64,000 nt of DNA from Clostridiales bacterium (lineage in GTDB: Bacteria > Bacillota > Clostridia > Christensenellales > UBA1242). A model generated the notes under the pieces. It was not told where the DNA came from. It made no database searches and saw only the letters and a program-made list of their open reading frames with translations. Of the stretch, positions 1-12,000 are shown one piece after another (the first letter of the stretch is position 1; each line of letters begins with the position of its first letter). The position numbers and the translations under genes were made by a program. The stretch is from the NCBI GenBank assembly GCA_015055905.1, contig SVHI01000004.1, forward strand, positions 13,405 through 77,404, in the 5' to 3' direction.

Positions 1-3000
1 AGTTGGAGCAATACCAACAATTGGGTCATAGTTGAAGTAGAACCAACCAGAAAGTGTTGATGTTTTAGCAATAGGGTCTTCAACAACAACAATTTCTTGA
101 CCACGAGAATCAAGTGGGTCAGTGAATGTTACAGTCACTTCGTCTGTTTTATATGAGAATGTAAGGTTTGTCATAGCAACGAACAAAGCTGTAATGTTTG
201 TGTTGCTTGTAGCAGTTGTAACAAATGGTCTAGTAAATGTTCCAGAAACATTCACAAATTCTGACCAGTAACCTGTGTTCTCATCATAGGTTTGTGAATA
301 CCAACCAGCAAATGTATATGCTTTTGTGATTGTGAAGTCAGCAAATGTATATTTTGTTGAGAAGTCATCATCTTCAAACTCAACATCGTCAATCAATGTT
401 AAATCTGCAATATAAACTGACTTAAAGTCTTCAGAGTAGATGTAGTATTTAGCATTATTTTGATGTGTGTTTGTATAGTCATTAACTGTAGTTGAAGAAA
501 TGTATGTAACAAAATATTTACCGTTTTCAATTACTTTATAAAGTGCTTCACTGTATGCTTGGTCATCACCAGATGCTGCATTGTTTTCTTTAACAGTGCT
601 GTTTGTAAGCATTGCACGGCTGTAAGCATTTTCATAAATATCTGTGTCAGTATTCTTTTTATAGTTTGCTTTTAAGCCACCCCAAAGGATAATTGAGTTT
701 TCAACAAATAAAGCATCACCATAAGAAGAGTGGTTAGTCTTGTTTTGACTGTCTTTTTCATACAACTCATTTTGACCTTCAATGTGGTTATATTTTCTGT
801 TGAATGATTGTGTCTTTTCATATCCAGGAACATATGTTACAACGTCATTAGCACCAAGTTTTGTTTCAAACGCGTCACCAATGTAGTTGAGTGTGCCTGA
901 AGATGTTGTTACACCACCAGAAACATAAATTGTATCGTCGAGAGAGTAGTATGGGTTAGTCTTAAAGTTGGTTGCATCAGTAAATACATAAGTTCCATCT
1001 TCTGGGTTTGTCTTTGTGAAATCCATATCTTGTGAATATGAATCAACAATAGATGTTGTTACGCTTATTGTATAAATCTTCAAACTTGACAAGTTGATGT
1101 AGTTCATCTTACCTGCAATTTGAGGCATACCAAACTTATAAATCTTTTCAGCAACATAGTTTGCGCCACTGATTGTTGTTTCTGCTTCGTTTGATTTAGA
1201 AAGAGAATATCTATAAAGTTCTTTTACTGATTGAACAAAAATCTCAGTAATTGAACTCATACCATAAGTGTTGAGTGCGCTTACATAGTTGTTATAGTTT
1301 GTAACACTAATACCATATTTTGTTTGATAGTATGTGCTATAAGCTGATTCATAATATGTTCTAGTATAAAGAACATTATTAAGAATAATTGTGTTTTCTT
1401 CGTATGTTGCAGCATAAATGATTTGGTTAAATGCTGAAACAAAGTCACCGATGCTTTCAAAGATAGAATTTTCTAATTCAATCAACATTGAAACTGTATA
1501 GTCAGTTAATGTTGAGCGGAGTGTTCTACCATTGAGTTTAAGGTTAAGCAATCTTTCAATAAGTTTATCTGTAACATAAACATCTCCAGAAACAGTAACG
1601 TAATAGTTAAGGTCATACATTGATTTGTTTGTAAAGATGTCAGTTGTTCCCAAAACAATGCTGAGATAGTGTTTAAGTTTGTCTAATGCATACTTAAAGT
1701 TCTTTTCTGCAGAGCCTGATTTTTGTTCATAGCAGATGTTTTGGAAGACGAAGATAAAGTATTGTCTCATTGCCTCCGCACCAATGATTGGCTCATTGTC
1801 GGTTGACTTGATGTAATCTGCAAAGTCAAATTCTTTTTGACCAGTTGTTCCAATCTTAATCTTACCATTTCCACCAGGGCCAGCAGTTAAGAGCGATGCT
1901 GGAGCAGAAATATAACTTGTGAAGGTTGGGTAATGATTTGTTGTTTCTTTTAAGTAGCTGAAGAACACTTGTTCTGCCATTGTTCTTGAGAATGAGAATG
2001 CTCTTGAATAAATGTAAGAATAGTTAGTGTTAAACGCAATCTTAATAGGAACAGATGCAGAACCAACTTTGAATGTTAAGTAGTTTGTTGTTGCGATTGA
2101 AGTGTTAGCTGTAGCAACTGATGAACCCTTATATGATGCATAGATATCATAATATGAATCATAGTAGGTAAGGGCAGTTCCGCTCAAAATGCTATTTGCA
2201 ACAGACCTAGCTTTGTCTGGGTGCAATACATATTCAGGGTTTTCATTGCCTTCAGTTGTTGTGATTCCATTTGTTTGCTCTAAGTTATTGTTAAATGTAA
2301 CTTTAAGCACATAGTAAACATATTTTAATTTGTCATCTTTTGCCTTATTAACAAGGTCCATATCAGGCTCAACCAAGAAGTTGAGTTCATATCTTTGGTC
2401 TAGACCAAGAGAGTGAACTGTTAATAAGTTTCCAACTTCAACTCTAACAAGCAAGAACAAGGTTGTGTTAACGTCAAAGTAATAGTTCTTAAGAGCAAGA
2501 CCTTGTGTTTCAGTCTTGAACATACCATAAGCATTTCTTTCAAATGAACCAAGTTCAGTGAGTGGGTTAGAAAGTTTTTGTTGTGTGTTTCCATCACCGT
2601 CAATGTAATAGTGAACACCAGGGTTGATTTTTGAAAGTTCAGCAAAGTTCTTAAGAGACTGTGCAGTATAATATCTTTGGAAGTAAGATGTGTCTTGTGA
2701 CCAAGTTCCTGAGTTGTTGTAGCCATCAAAGATAGTTAATCTTCTTTCGCCTTCAGCAACATCATCTTCCTTTTGAATATAGAATGGATAGAATCCTGTC
2801 TCTTCTTTGTGACTAGCACCGAAGAAGTTGTCAGAATAGTTTCCACCAACCAATGCATCATCATCTTGTGTTTTTGAACCACCAGATGCATTTGTTCTAA
2901 TGATTTCTTTTGAATCATCTCTATTGTAGTAATAGAGAGCTTCAACTGAAATACCAGAATCCTCTTCATCTTCACTAAAGATGTATGCTTGATAAGTTTC

Positions 3001-6000
3001 TGTGAACTTAGCAACAAGTCTTGCATTTGAGTGAAGGTTATGAATTGTTAAAACGTTTGGATTATCAATTGGGTCTTCAACGTCAAAGTTGCTAGCAACT
3101 TTGTTTCTATAATACTTAACGTCATAAGAAAGGGTAGACTTGTTATATGAGTAAACTGCATAAACCTCTCTGTCATCGAATGTGTATCTTGTGTAGTTAG
3201 AAACTTTTCTTCCACCAGAGATTGTTGACCAATCTTCTTTAATTTGAGTTCCTTCATATTGATATGAAGCATTAACTGCATCGTGGAAGTTGATGTAACC
3301 AATATAATATTGTTCCCAAAGTTTATCGATTGAGTTGTTTGTTGAACCAGTTGCAAAGTCGCTTGCCTTAACAGGAAGACACATTTCTTCATCATAATAC
3401 AAATCGGTTCTGTTGTTATTCTTCATATAAAGTCTAACAAAGTTTGGATTTGTTCTTGAAGAACCAAGGTTTGCAAAGAGTCCGCAGTAGTTTGATTTAA
3501 TATCATAAGGAACAACTGAGTTGTCTGTTCCAAATACGATATTGAATTCGTCAAAGTATTGGTTTGTGATTTTATAAGTTCTTGTTTGAGCAACACCGTT
3601 TGGATATTGACCAGTTGTTGCAATCTTAAATGTTTGAACAGAAGTGTTGCTTGATTCAAATTCTGTCTTAACAAGTTCATTTAGGTAACTAGCCGAATAC
3701 ATTTCAGTAACTTTTTCATCTGAAATAACCCAACCAAGAGTTTCATCAAACTGTGCAAGATACCAACCCTCAAGTCTGTAACCAGAGTCAGGTTGAGCAA
3801 TCAGTTTAACAACACTATCACGCTCATAGTAGTTCGTCTTATACTGAATTGTTGAGTTAATTGTCTTTCCGTCAGCAGCATAATAATATTCGCCACTAGT
3901 AAGGTCATTATTAGTGTTGTAATAGAATCCTGAAACATTTGAATCTTCATTTTGTGTAATGAAGTTGAATTTTTTAATATTAACTTTAGCAAAAGTCATA
4001 TAATCAACAAGCATTGAAGAAAGGTTGCTTGCTGGTGTTGAAGGAATTCTATACATATAGTTGTTGTGAAGAACACCATAAGAATGTTTGAGTGATGATG
4101 CATTATATGTTCCAACAACATAAGTCATAAAGTCAATAATTGTGTAGCCAGAACCAAGTCCTGTGTAATAGAAACCTTCTGCATAAGCAGTTGATAACTT
4201 ACCAGAAATCAAGGTTTTTGTTTTTGTGAATACTTCATCAGTATAGAATACTGAGTCGTTCATAGCATCAACAGTAACATTGTAAATACCAGCAACGAAT
4301 TTCATACTAACAATATAAGGAGTTCCTGTTCTGCCAGAGAAATTGTCGTTCTGTCTTGTTTTGAACGAGGTATTTAATGTTGTGCCTTTGTAAACATAAA
4401 CAGTGAAGTATGGTTCATAATTTGGAACAACAATAATTGAAATAGCTTCAGAGTTTGTCAAATAGTCTTCTGCAATACCAGTTTTAACAAATACTGGAGC
4501 AGAACCAACCTTTTCACCAGCATAGAGAAGATATGGTTTAATGTATGTTGCAGTATATCTATCTGTTAAATATTGATAAGTGAACAAGTCTTCAGTGTAG
4601 TCATTTTCATCAACTGAAGCAGAAGGTGCTGTAGATTGAATAGAAATTGAACCACCGATGTTAACTGAACCACCATCAACAGCAGTTCCAAGAGAAACTG
4701 CATAAACTCTTTCATATACAGGCAAGAATAAATAGTAGCCTGAGCCAAGAGACCTAAATCTGCAAATAGCGCTCAATCTGTCATCGCCAAGTGCATTTGT
4801 AGTTCCTTCATTGAATACGATATATTCTGCGCTGTCTCTTGTATAAACTCTCCATTCTTTGAACTTGTAGAAGATTTCACCATCAAAGTTAATGAGTGGG
4901 TTAGCAAAGAGAACAACAGCGTCTTTGCCAGTTTCAAGGTAAACTGGTTTTTCTGATTCTAATTCTTGGTTATAAACTTGAATAGCTGTTTCAATCCAGT
5001 AACCTTCAAGATAGCTTGCACCATATTGCAAAACAGCATCATAAGGAACTTTGTAAGCGGTTGTAAGACCACCGATGATAACGTTGCTGAAGTCAACATC
5101 TGATTTAGAAGAGATGATTTCAGTGTCAAGTTCATCTAAGCCATTGCAAAGTGAAGATTCTGCGCCATTAACAATGTCACTTGTAACATAGAGTTTTCCG
5201 TTTGCATCTTGTTGATAAGTGTGGATATCATAATATGGAATGTCTTCCATTTTGAATACTGATGTTTCCCAGATAGCAGCAAGTTCTTCAGTTAAAGCAA
5301 TGAATGCACCAGCTTTTTCAATAAAGATATTATCATTATAAATAATATTTCCTTCTGGAGTAACAAGAGTTGAATCTGCAAAGTAAACATTGATGTCATC
5401 TTCGTTCATTGCACAGTCAGCAAGTTTGATGCTTTCTGTTGTATATTTATAGAAGTTTGCACCGTATTTAATAAATCCACGGTAAACAGCTTTTTCTTCT
5501 TCGTTAAGTTCCATATATTCAGACATATTCATATAGAACTTAGTGTCTCTGTCTGAATCTGTGTTGTAGTAGTAGTTATAGAATGTTGTAAGTTGTGTTG
5601 GACTTGCTTCTTTATGCAATCTATAACCCTTGAGAGTTTTAAATGTTCTTGAGTCAACAATATAATACATTGAATCAAGAGCAGCACCTGCATCAAGGTT
5701 TGCTAAGGTGTGTTTAAAGGTAACAGAAGAGAAGTCTGTGATTGATGTAACATTGTTATGTTCAACCAATCCGTTGATAATTTCAACATAATATCCTGAG
5801 TTTACACCAATTGCAAGGTCAACAGCAGCAAGTGTTCCTTGAGTATGATAAACATCAAACACAAAGATAGGGTTCATATATGGCATACCATCAACAAGAG
5901 TTACGCCAGGGAATCCTTCAGTTGCATTTGCTTGATTTGTGTAGTCAACAGAATAGTATAATTTTTCTTCGTTTAAGTATTTAATTGGATTATATGTATC

Positions 6001-9000
6001 ATTTGTGATAATACCAGGTTTTGTTGCTGTTAAAATTGATGAATATGTATTTCCAATAATAACTTCACCTGAAACGTTGTCAATTACATATTTTCCAAGA
6101 ATTGTTGCAATTTCAGTTGAGTTGTCAATTTTAACATAACGGCTTGAGTTTCCGATTTCAACAGTATTTGACTTAATTAAGTATTCAACTTCAACATTTT
6201 TTGAAACGATGTAGTCATCAACACTACTAATGTTTGAAATTGGGGTAAGGTTGGTTGCGTTAATATCACCAGCATAATATGCGTGTCCTGCAGCAGATAA
6301 ATCTTTTCCATAGAATTCACTGTCATAAAGAACATATTCATAGTTTGAACCAACTTTCTTATATAAATACTTATATTTATAGGTTCCTTCAGAGAAGTAG
6401 CAAGCGTGGAAACAGTGTTTTGTTACTGTTTTCATTGTAACGTTGCTAGCTGTCATAGGAAGAGCAGCAGTAGGAGGGAGCAAATATGTTGCATAAACAG
6501 GATATTGATATTCAACTTCTTCTCTGCCAATGGTGTTTCCACCTTCATCTTTAAGGTCAGTAACAACAGCAGCTAAATCAAATCTTGAAAGAACATAATA
6601 TTTAACACTTGGTCTAAAGTCAAATTTTTCAATTGTGCTATAGTAAGCATAAGTGAATTCATCAACAACTGTTGCGTTATCAAATGTATATGTATTTGAA
6701 GATGTGTTGAAGAATACGTTCTTATAAAGAACACTATTAACTTTATCGTAGAAGTAAACAGCTCTTGTCAATTTATCATAAGCCATCATAACCGCAGCAA
6801 GGTCGGTGAATGACATATCTGGATTATATACTTTAACACGAGGTGAAATATCTGTTGAAATCTTAGCAAAGACAGTTGAACCACCATCTTTAAAGATTGT
6901 TTTTGTGCTTGGATAGTAAATATATCCTGACAATTTTTTCGCAGCAACAGCTATTTGTGAATGAAGAAGGTTATAGTTATCTCCAAGTTCAATATTTGAA
7001 TCAAACATATAAACATCTTGATGTTCATTTCCATTTTCGTCAATAAAGTAGTCTGTGTAATAGAAGTCTCCATCATAGAAGAATGTATAGTTTAAATCAA
7101 CATAACTATCTTTAATATGCAAATCATCTTCATTAACACCAGTAATCTCATTTAATGAACCAGAAGTATTTGAGAATTCATATTCATATCTATAATATGC
7201 TTCATCTGCATAGATATAATAAAATCCATCGTTTGAGTTGTAATAGTATGCATTTGTGTCTAAGTATGTTCCATACAAATATTGTTGTTCAATAGCAGAA
7301 GAACTATTGATTGCTTGATAAAGCATATCGTAGGTAATAGATTCACCAATAGAGTTCTTAAGCTCACTGATATATTGAATTTGAACACCTCTTTCATCAT
7401 AGACGCTATAAACATCATAGTAACACTTAGAAGTGTCAAAATCAGGATTTGTATCGTCTGGAACCGCACGAACATAGAAGTTTGAAGGTCTTGGTTGAAT
7501 TGAGCCGTCAACACCAAGATAGCAGGTATAAAGTGTATAAACAACTTTTACATAATAGTGCTTATCTAAGTTGTTAGATGCAGCGCCATCATAAGGGATT
7601 TCATAGTCAATATATTTTTGACCTGATTCGTCACCAAGAATTCTATATTCCTTTCTAATTGTAGATGGGTCAGTTAAACCAATGGTTTCAATGTTTGAAA
7701 CGTTACCGTAAGATGGTTTACCACCTTCGTTTGTAAGGTTGGTGAGTTTCATTGAAAGGGTTTGACCGTTTGAATATAAAGATTGAACAGTACTTGCACC
7801 TTGCATAAATGAAGAGTAGTTCAAAACAACTTGAGTTGGAGTTGTTCCTGAAACCAAATATGCAATAGCATTGAATTTTGCCTTTGTTGTAAGTGCAGCA
7901 TCAGTGTAGATATCAACAACTGAACCAACAACAGTGTTAGCGTTTGTCTTAATGTAATAATAAACATTATTATAAGAAATTCTATATTTGCCAGTTGCAT
8001 AGTTCTCAACGTTCAAAAGGAATGCTTTTGCAAGGTTACCATTTTCACCAGCAAGGTCATCTGACATAAGCTCGTTAATACCAGGAATACCATTGCTACC
8101 TGACAAGAATCTAGCTGTATAGTCAGTTTCAGAGAATACAGTGATATAGTTTTGGTTGATATATTGTGTATATGAACCATTTACAGTATAGTAAATAGCT
8201 TCATAGTTTGTCATTTGACCATTTGAGTCAGATGATTGCTCTTGAATAACATAAGCTTGAACTTTGCTTTCAAGAGGTTTTACATAATAGAAGTTATTGC
8301 TAATAATTTTTGGACCACAAAGAGTATAGAAGTTGTAGCAATAAATGTCATCGTAGTCAGCAGTAGGTGTGTCACCATCAATCTTCACATAAGATTCTGT
8401 GAGAGCGTGTGTTGTTTTGTAGTTTGCATATTTTTCTTCAATTTCGCTTCCAAGGAAGATAGCACTTCCAAGCAAGTTATGGAAGTTTGAAAGTGGGTAA
8501 TAGAAATCAACTTCATAACTAACATTTTCACTTCCATCATCAGTGACTGTGGTGATTTTATTTTGTTCAGCGATTGGTTTAGTTGAATAATTCTTTCTTT
8601 CGCCTTGTCTAGTAACTGACTCAACACCATAGTAAACATAGCAAGCTGAGTTCTGTGTTCTATAATTACCAGCGCTAAGACCACTTGATGAACCTTCTGA
8701 AACGTCAACTTGGTTAACTTTTACACCTAATTTAATACCAAGAAGGGTTTCTGTGTTGAATTTAACAGTAAATGATTTTTGGTCTGAAGTAGGATAAACG
8801 GTGTAGGTTGTTTTTAATTCAAGTTCGTCGTCAGAATCTGTTGAGAATGAATAAATTGCATCATTATAGAAGAAATATTTTCTTTCAAGTGAACCTGTGA
8901 ATAATTCAAATTCACCAGAACCATCAGACTCAGGATTTGTGTAAAGTTTCATAAATCCATCACTTGTTCCTGTGATATAGAATTGTTCTTCTTCAATAAC

Positions 9001-12000
9001 GATAGGGAAATAAATAAGATTATCTTTTTCAATTGCACCATATTCGTCAAATACAATAGATTCGTGTTTAGCAAGATAATATTCGCCATTATATCCAACA
9101 ACTGGTTGTGATGCATCATTCAAGAACATTCCAAGGTTCATATAAGCATCTCTATAAACTGCATAGAGTTTAAATTCACCTTCATAATAAGGAGTTGTTG
9201 TTGACATATAAACATATGGGTATGTTGCAAGAGTTGCAGCATCAGTAGTTGTTTTGTTAACAAATCTCTTGTTTGCAATCTTATAAGTATCATCAAATGT
9301 ATAGTCAAGATACAAATCATAGCCACCAGTAAATGTAAGGTCACCATCAGTAGTATGAGTGTATGCTTGCTTGATGTAATAATAGTTGTCGTCAATAAGG
9401 AATGCACTAATTGACATATCTGACCTATAAACTTCAGTAGAAACTTGAGTTAAGCCAGAAGAGAAATATTTTTCTGTCAAGTTATAAGCACGAATACCAT
9501 CACTAATGTTTCCAGTAAAGCCTCTTGTTTCCAAAAGTGATGTCAATGCTTCTTTGTCTTGCAATAAATCACTAACATTTCCGCAAATTGCATCAAATGA
9601 TGCGGAAGAACCTGTGTTAACATAAGTTTTATTGAGTGAACCAACTGTTAACGAGAGGGTAGATGAAGAAAGTGTGTAATCATAGTGGAATTTTTCGAAT
9701 TCAATATATTCATTTCCACTAAGGGTATACAATTTTCCGCTGTTATCAACAATATATAATGAATAGTTATTTGAACCTGTGTAGTTGAAGTTGTAAATAT
9801 AACCACTGCTTACTGTTGAACCCAACTTAAACAATAATCTTGTTGTGAATGAGTTAACAATTTCAATATAAGCGGTTGTGCCATTATCTGAGATAACAAA
9901 GTTATCATTATAACTCCATTCTTTTGTGCACTTGCTGTCAGTGTAAACTTTGTTATTGTTGATATTTACAAAGTAGGTTTTTGAATTTGCAGTGAAGTAA
10001 TATCTATGGAAATAAATTAAAGTGAAATCACTCTTAACGCTACAAATGCTTCTAAATCCAAGCATTGAAGGGTCAACAGCATCTGAACAAGCAAATGTTG
10101 TATAAAGACCGATATTTCCAGTCTTATCTTTATTGTAATAATAAACATTTCCGTTTACTGTTGTGTGATATCTTGTAAGTTTGATTTTTTCGCCTTCTCT
10201 TTCAACTCTGCAAGAATAGAACACACTGTCATTTTTAGAATCTTCAAATCCGTCCCAAACGATTGTCCAGTCACTAGCAGAAGTGTCACCAGAGTAGGTT
10301 GAATAGATTTCCCATTCACTATCGTTGTCGCCATCATAGTAGTAATATTCAACACCATAGTGTGAGAATTTAAATACTGTTTTTGTTCCAATAGTAAATT
10401 CTGACAATGCTTGATAAACAAATGAAGATTCAAGAGCATAGTCAACAGCGCCACAAACCGCTGTATTTCCACCACAAGCAGAAGTAGAGCCAAGGTCATA
10501 TTTAAATACTACAGAAAGGTCCCAACCTCTGTTAAAGAATTCATTTTGTCTAGCAGTTAAAGTCAAAGCGGTTGATGTGTATGTGTTTCCACCAGCGCTT
10601 AAAAGAGACTTGTTTGTGGCATCAAAGTATTGATGACCTTGAATAACTGATTGAATAAATGATTTTGGCTTGTCATAAATAATTTCGTTTGCAATACTGT
10701 TTGATTTAATACCAGTAGGTGTAGATTGAGCAGCTGTTTTATCATAAATTGTATATGAAAGGTCTTTTTTGTTATGTTGTTCATTTAAGAAATAAACAAA
10801 ATGTTTTAACTTGATTGTTTCGTTAGCATAGAAGTAGCAAGAACCATTATAAACAATATAAGGATTATCAAGTTCATCGTTGCCTTGGGTTACACCAATT
10901 TCATTAAATTCAGAAACATTTGCAGTATCCAAAATTTTCTTAAGAGTCAAGTAAGTATAAGATGTTGTTCCTGCTTGAGTTACAACACGAGCCATCATAT
11001 TATTGTTTTCAGTGCTTTGATACATATAATATGTTGTTGTGCCTGACAATTTCTTGTAGTAGTAAACATAATATTTACCTCCATAAATCAAGAAACTTTC
11101 ATCAACGCTCTTTGTAACATCATCTGCGTCAGCATTTGATTCATTAAAGATGTAATAATCTTTTACATATTCGCCATCTAAATCAGTAACAAATCTTAAA
11201 AGGGTATTGTTTGTTCCGTTTGAGTTGCAGAACACCATTGGGTCAACAGAGTAGTTGTCTGTAATAAGGTTATATTTTTCAATGTTGTAGTCACTTGGCA
11301 TTACAACTGAAACGTAAACTGTTGTTTTAACGCAACCCTTGTCATCAAGATAAGAGGTAACAGATTTGATAACTTCATAAGAAATATCTTTTTCTTTTGC
11401 CTCAATAACTTTTTGTGAGCCTGTGTCATAAACATAGAAATTAACCACAAGAGAAGTATCAGCTTCATATTTTGAAGCCAAAACTGAAAGGCTAGTTAAA
11501 TCTTTAACGTTATAAGCATATCTAACGGTAGCGCCAGAAAGAACTTCGCCACCTTCGTTATAAACTCTGCCTTCTTCATTGATGTAATAAATTTTTCCAC
11601 CATAAATAAAGGCAACGTCAGCTGGAGCAATATAGAATTTACGATTAAATGCGGTAACAATTTTACCAATCATTTCTTTATCTTTAGCAATTCTGTTTTG
11701 AAGAACATTTACGGTCTTTTCAGTATCAAATGACACTGGAGTCATATAATCGCCATAGAAATGATATGTTCTTTCTTTACCATCAGGTGAATCTGTTGCA
11801 GATAAAACTTTAGAAAATACAACATAGTCGCCATATGAAAGATGTTCTAATCTAAATGTATTTGAAGCAATAGTTGTATATTTTCCAGTTGTTGAATCGT
11901 AAGTGCTGATAGTATTGTTTGAGTTAGAAGTGAAGAGATTACCACGACAGTCTCTTGTGACAACTTGGTTCAAACTATTGTAAACCACAAGTGTATAACC

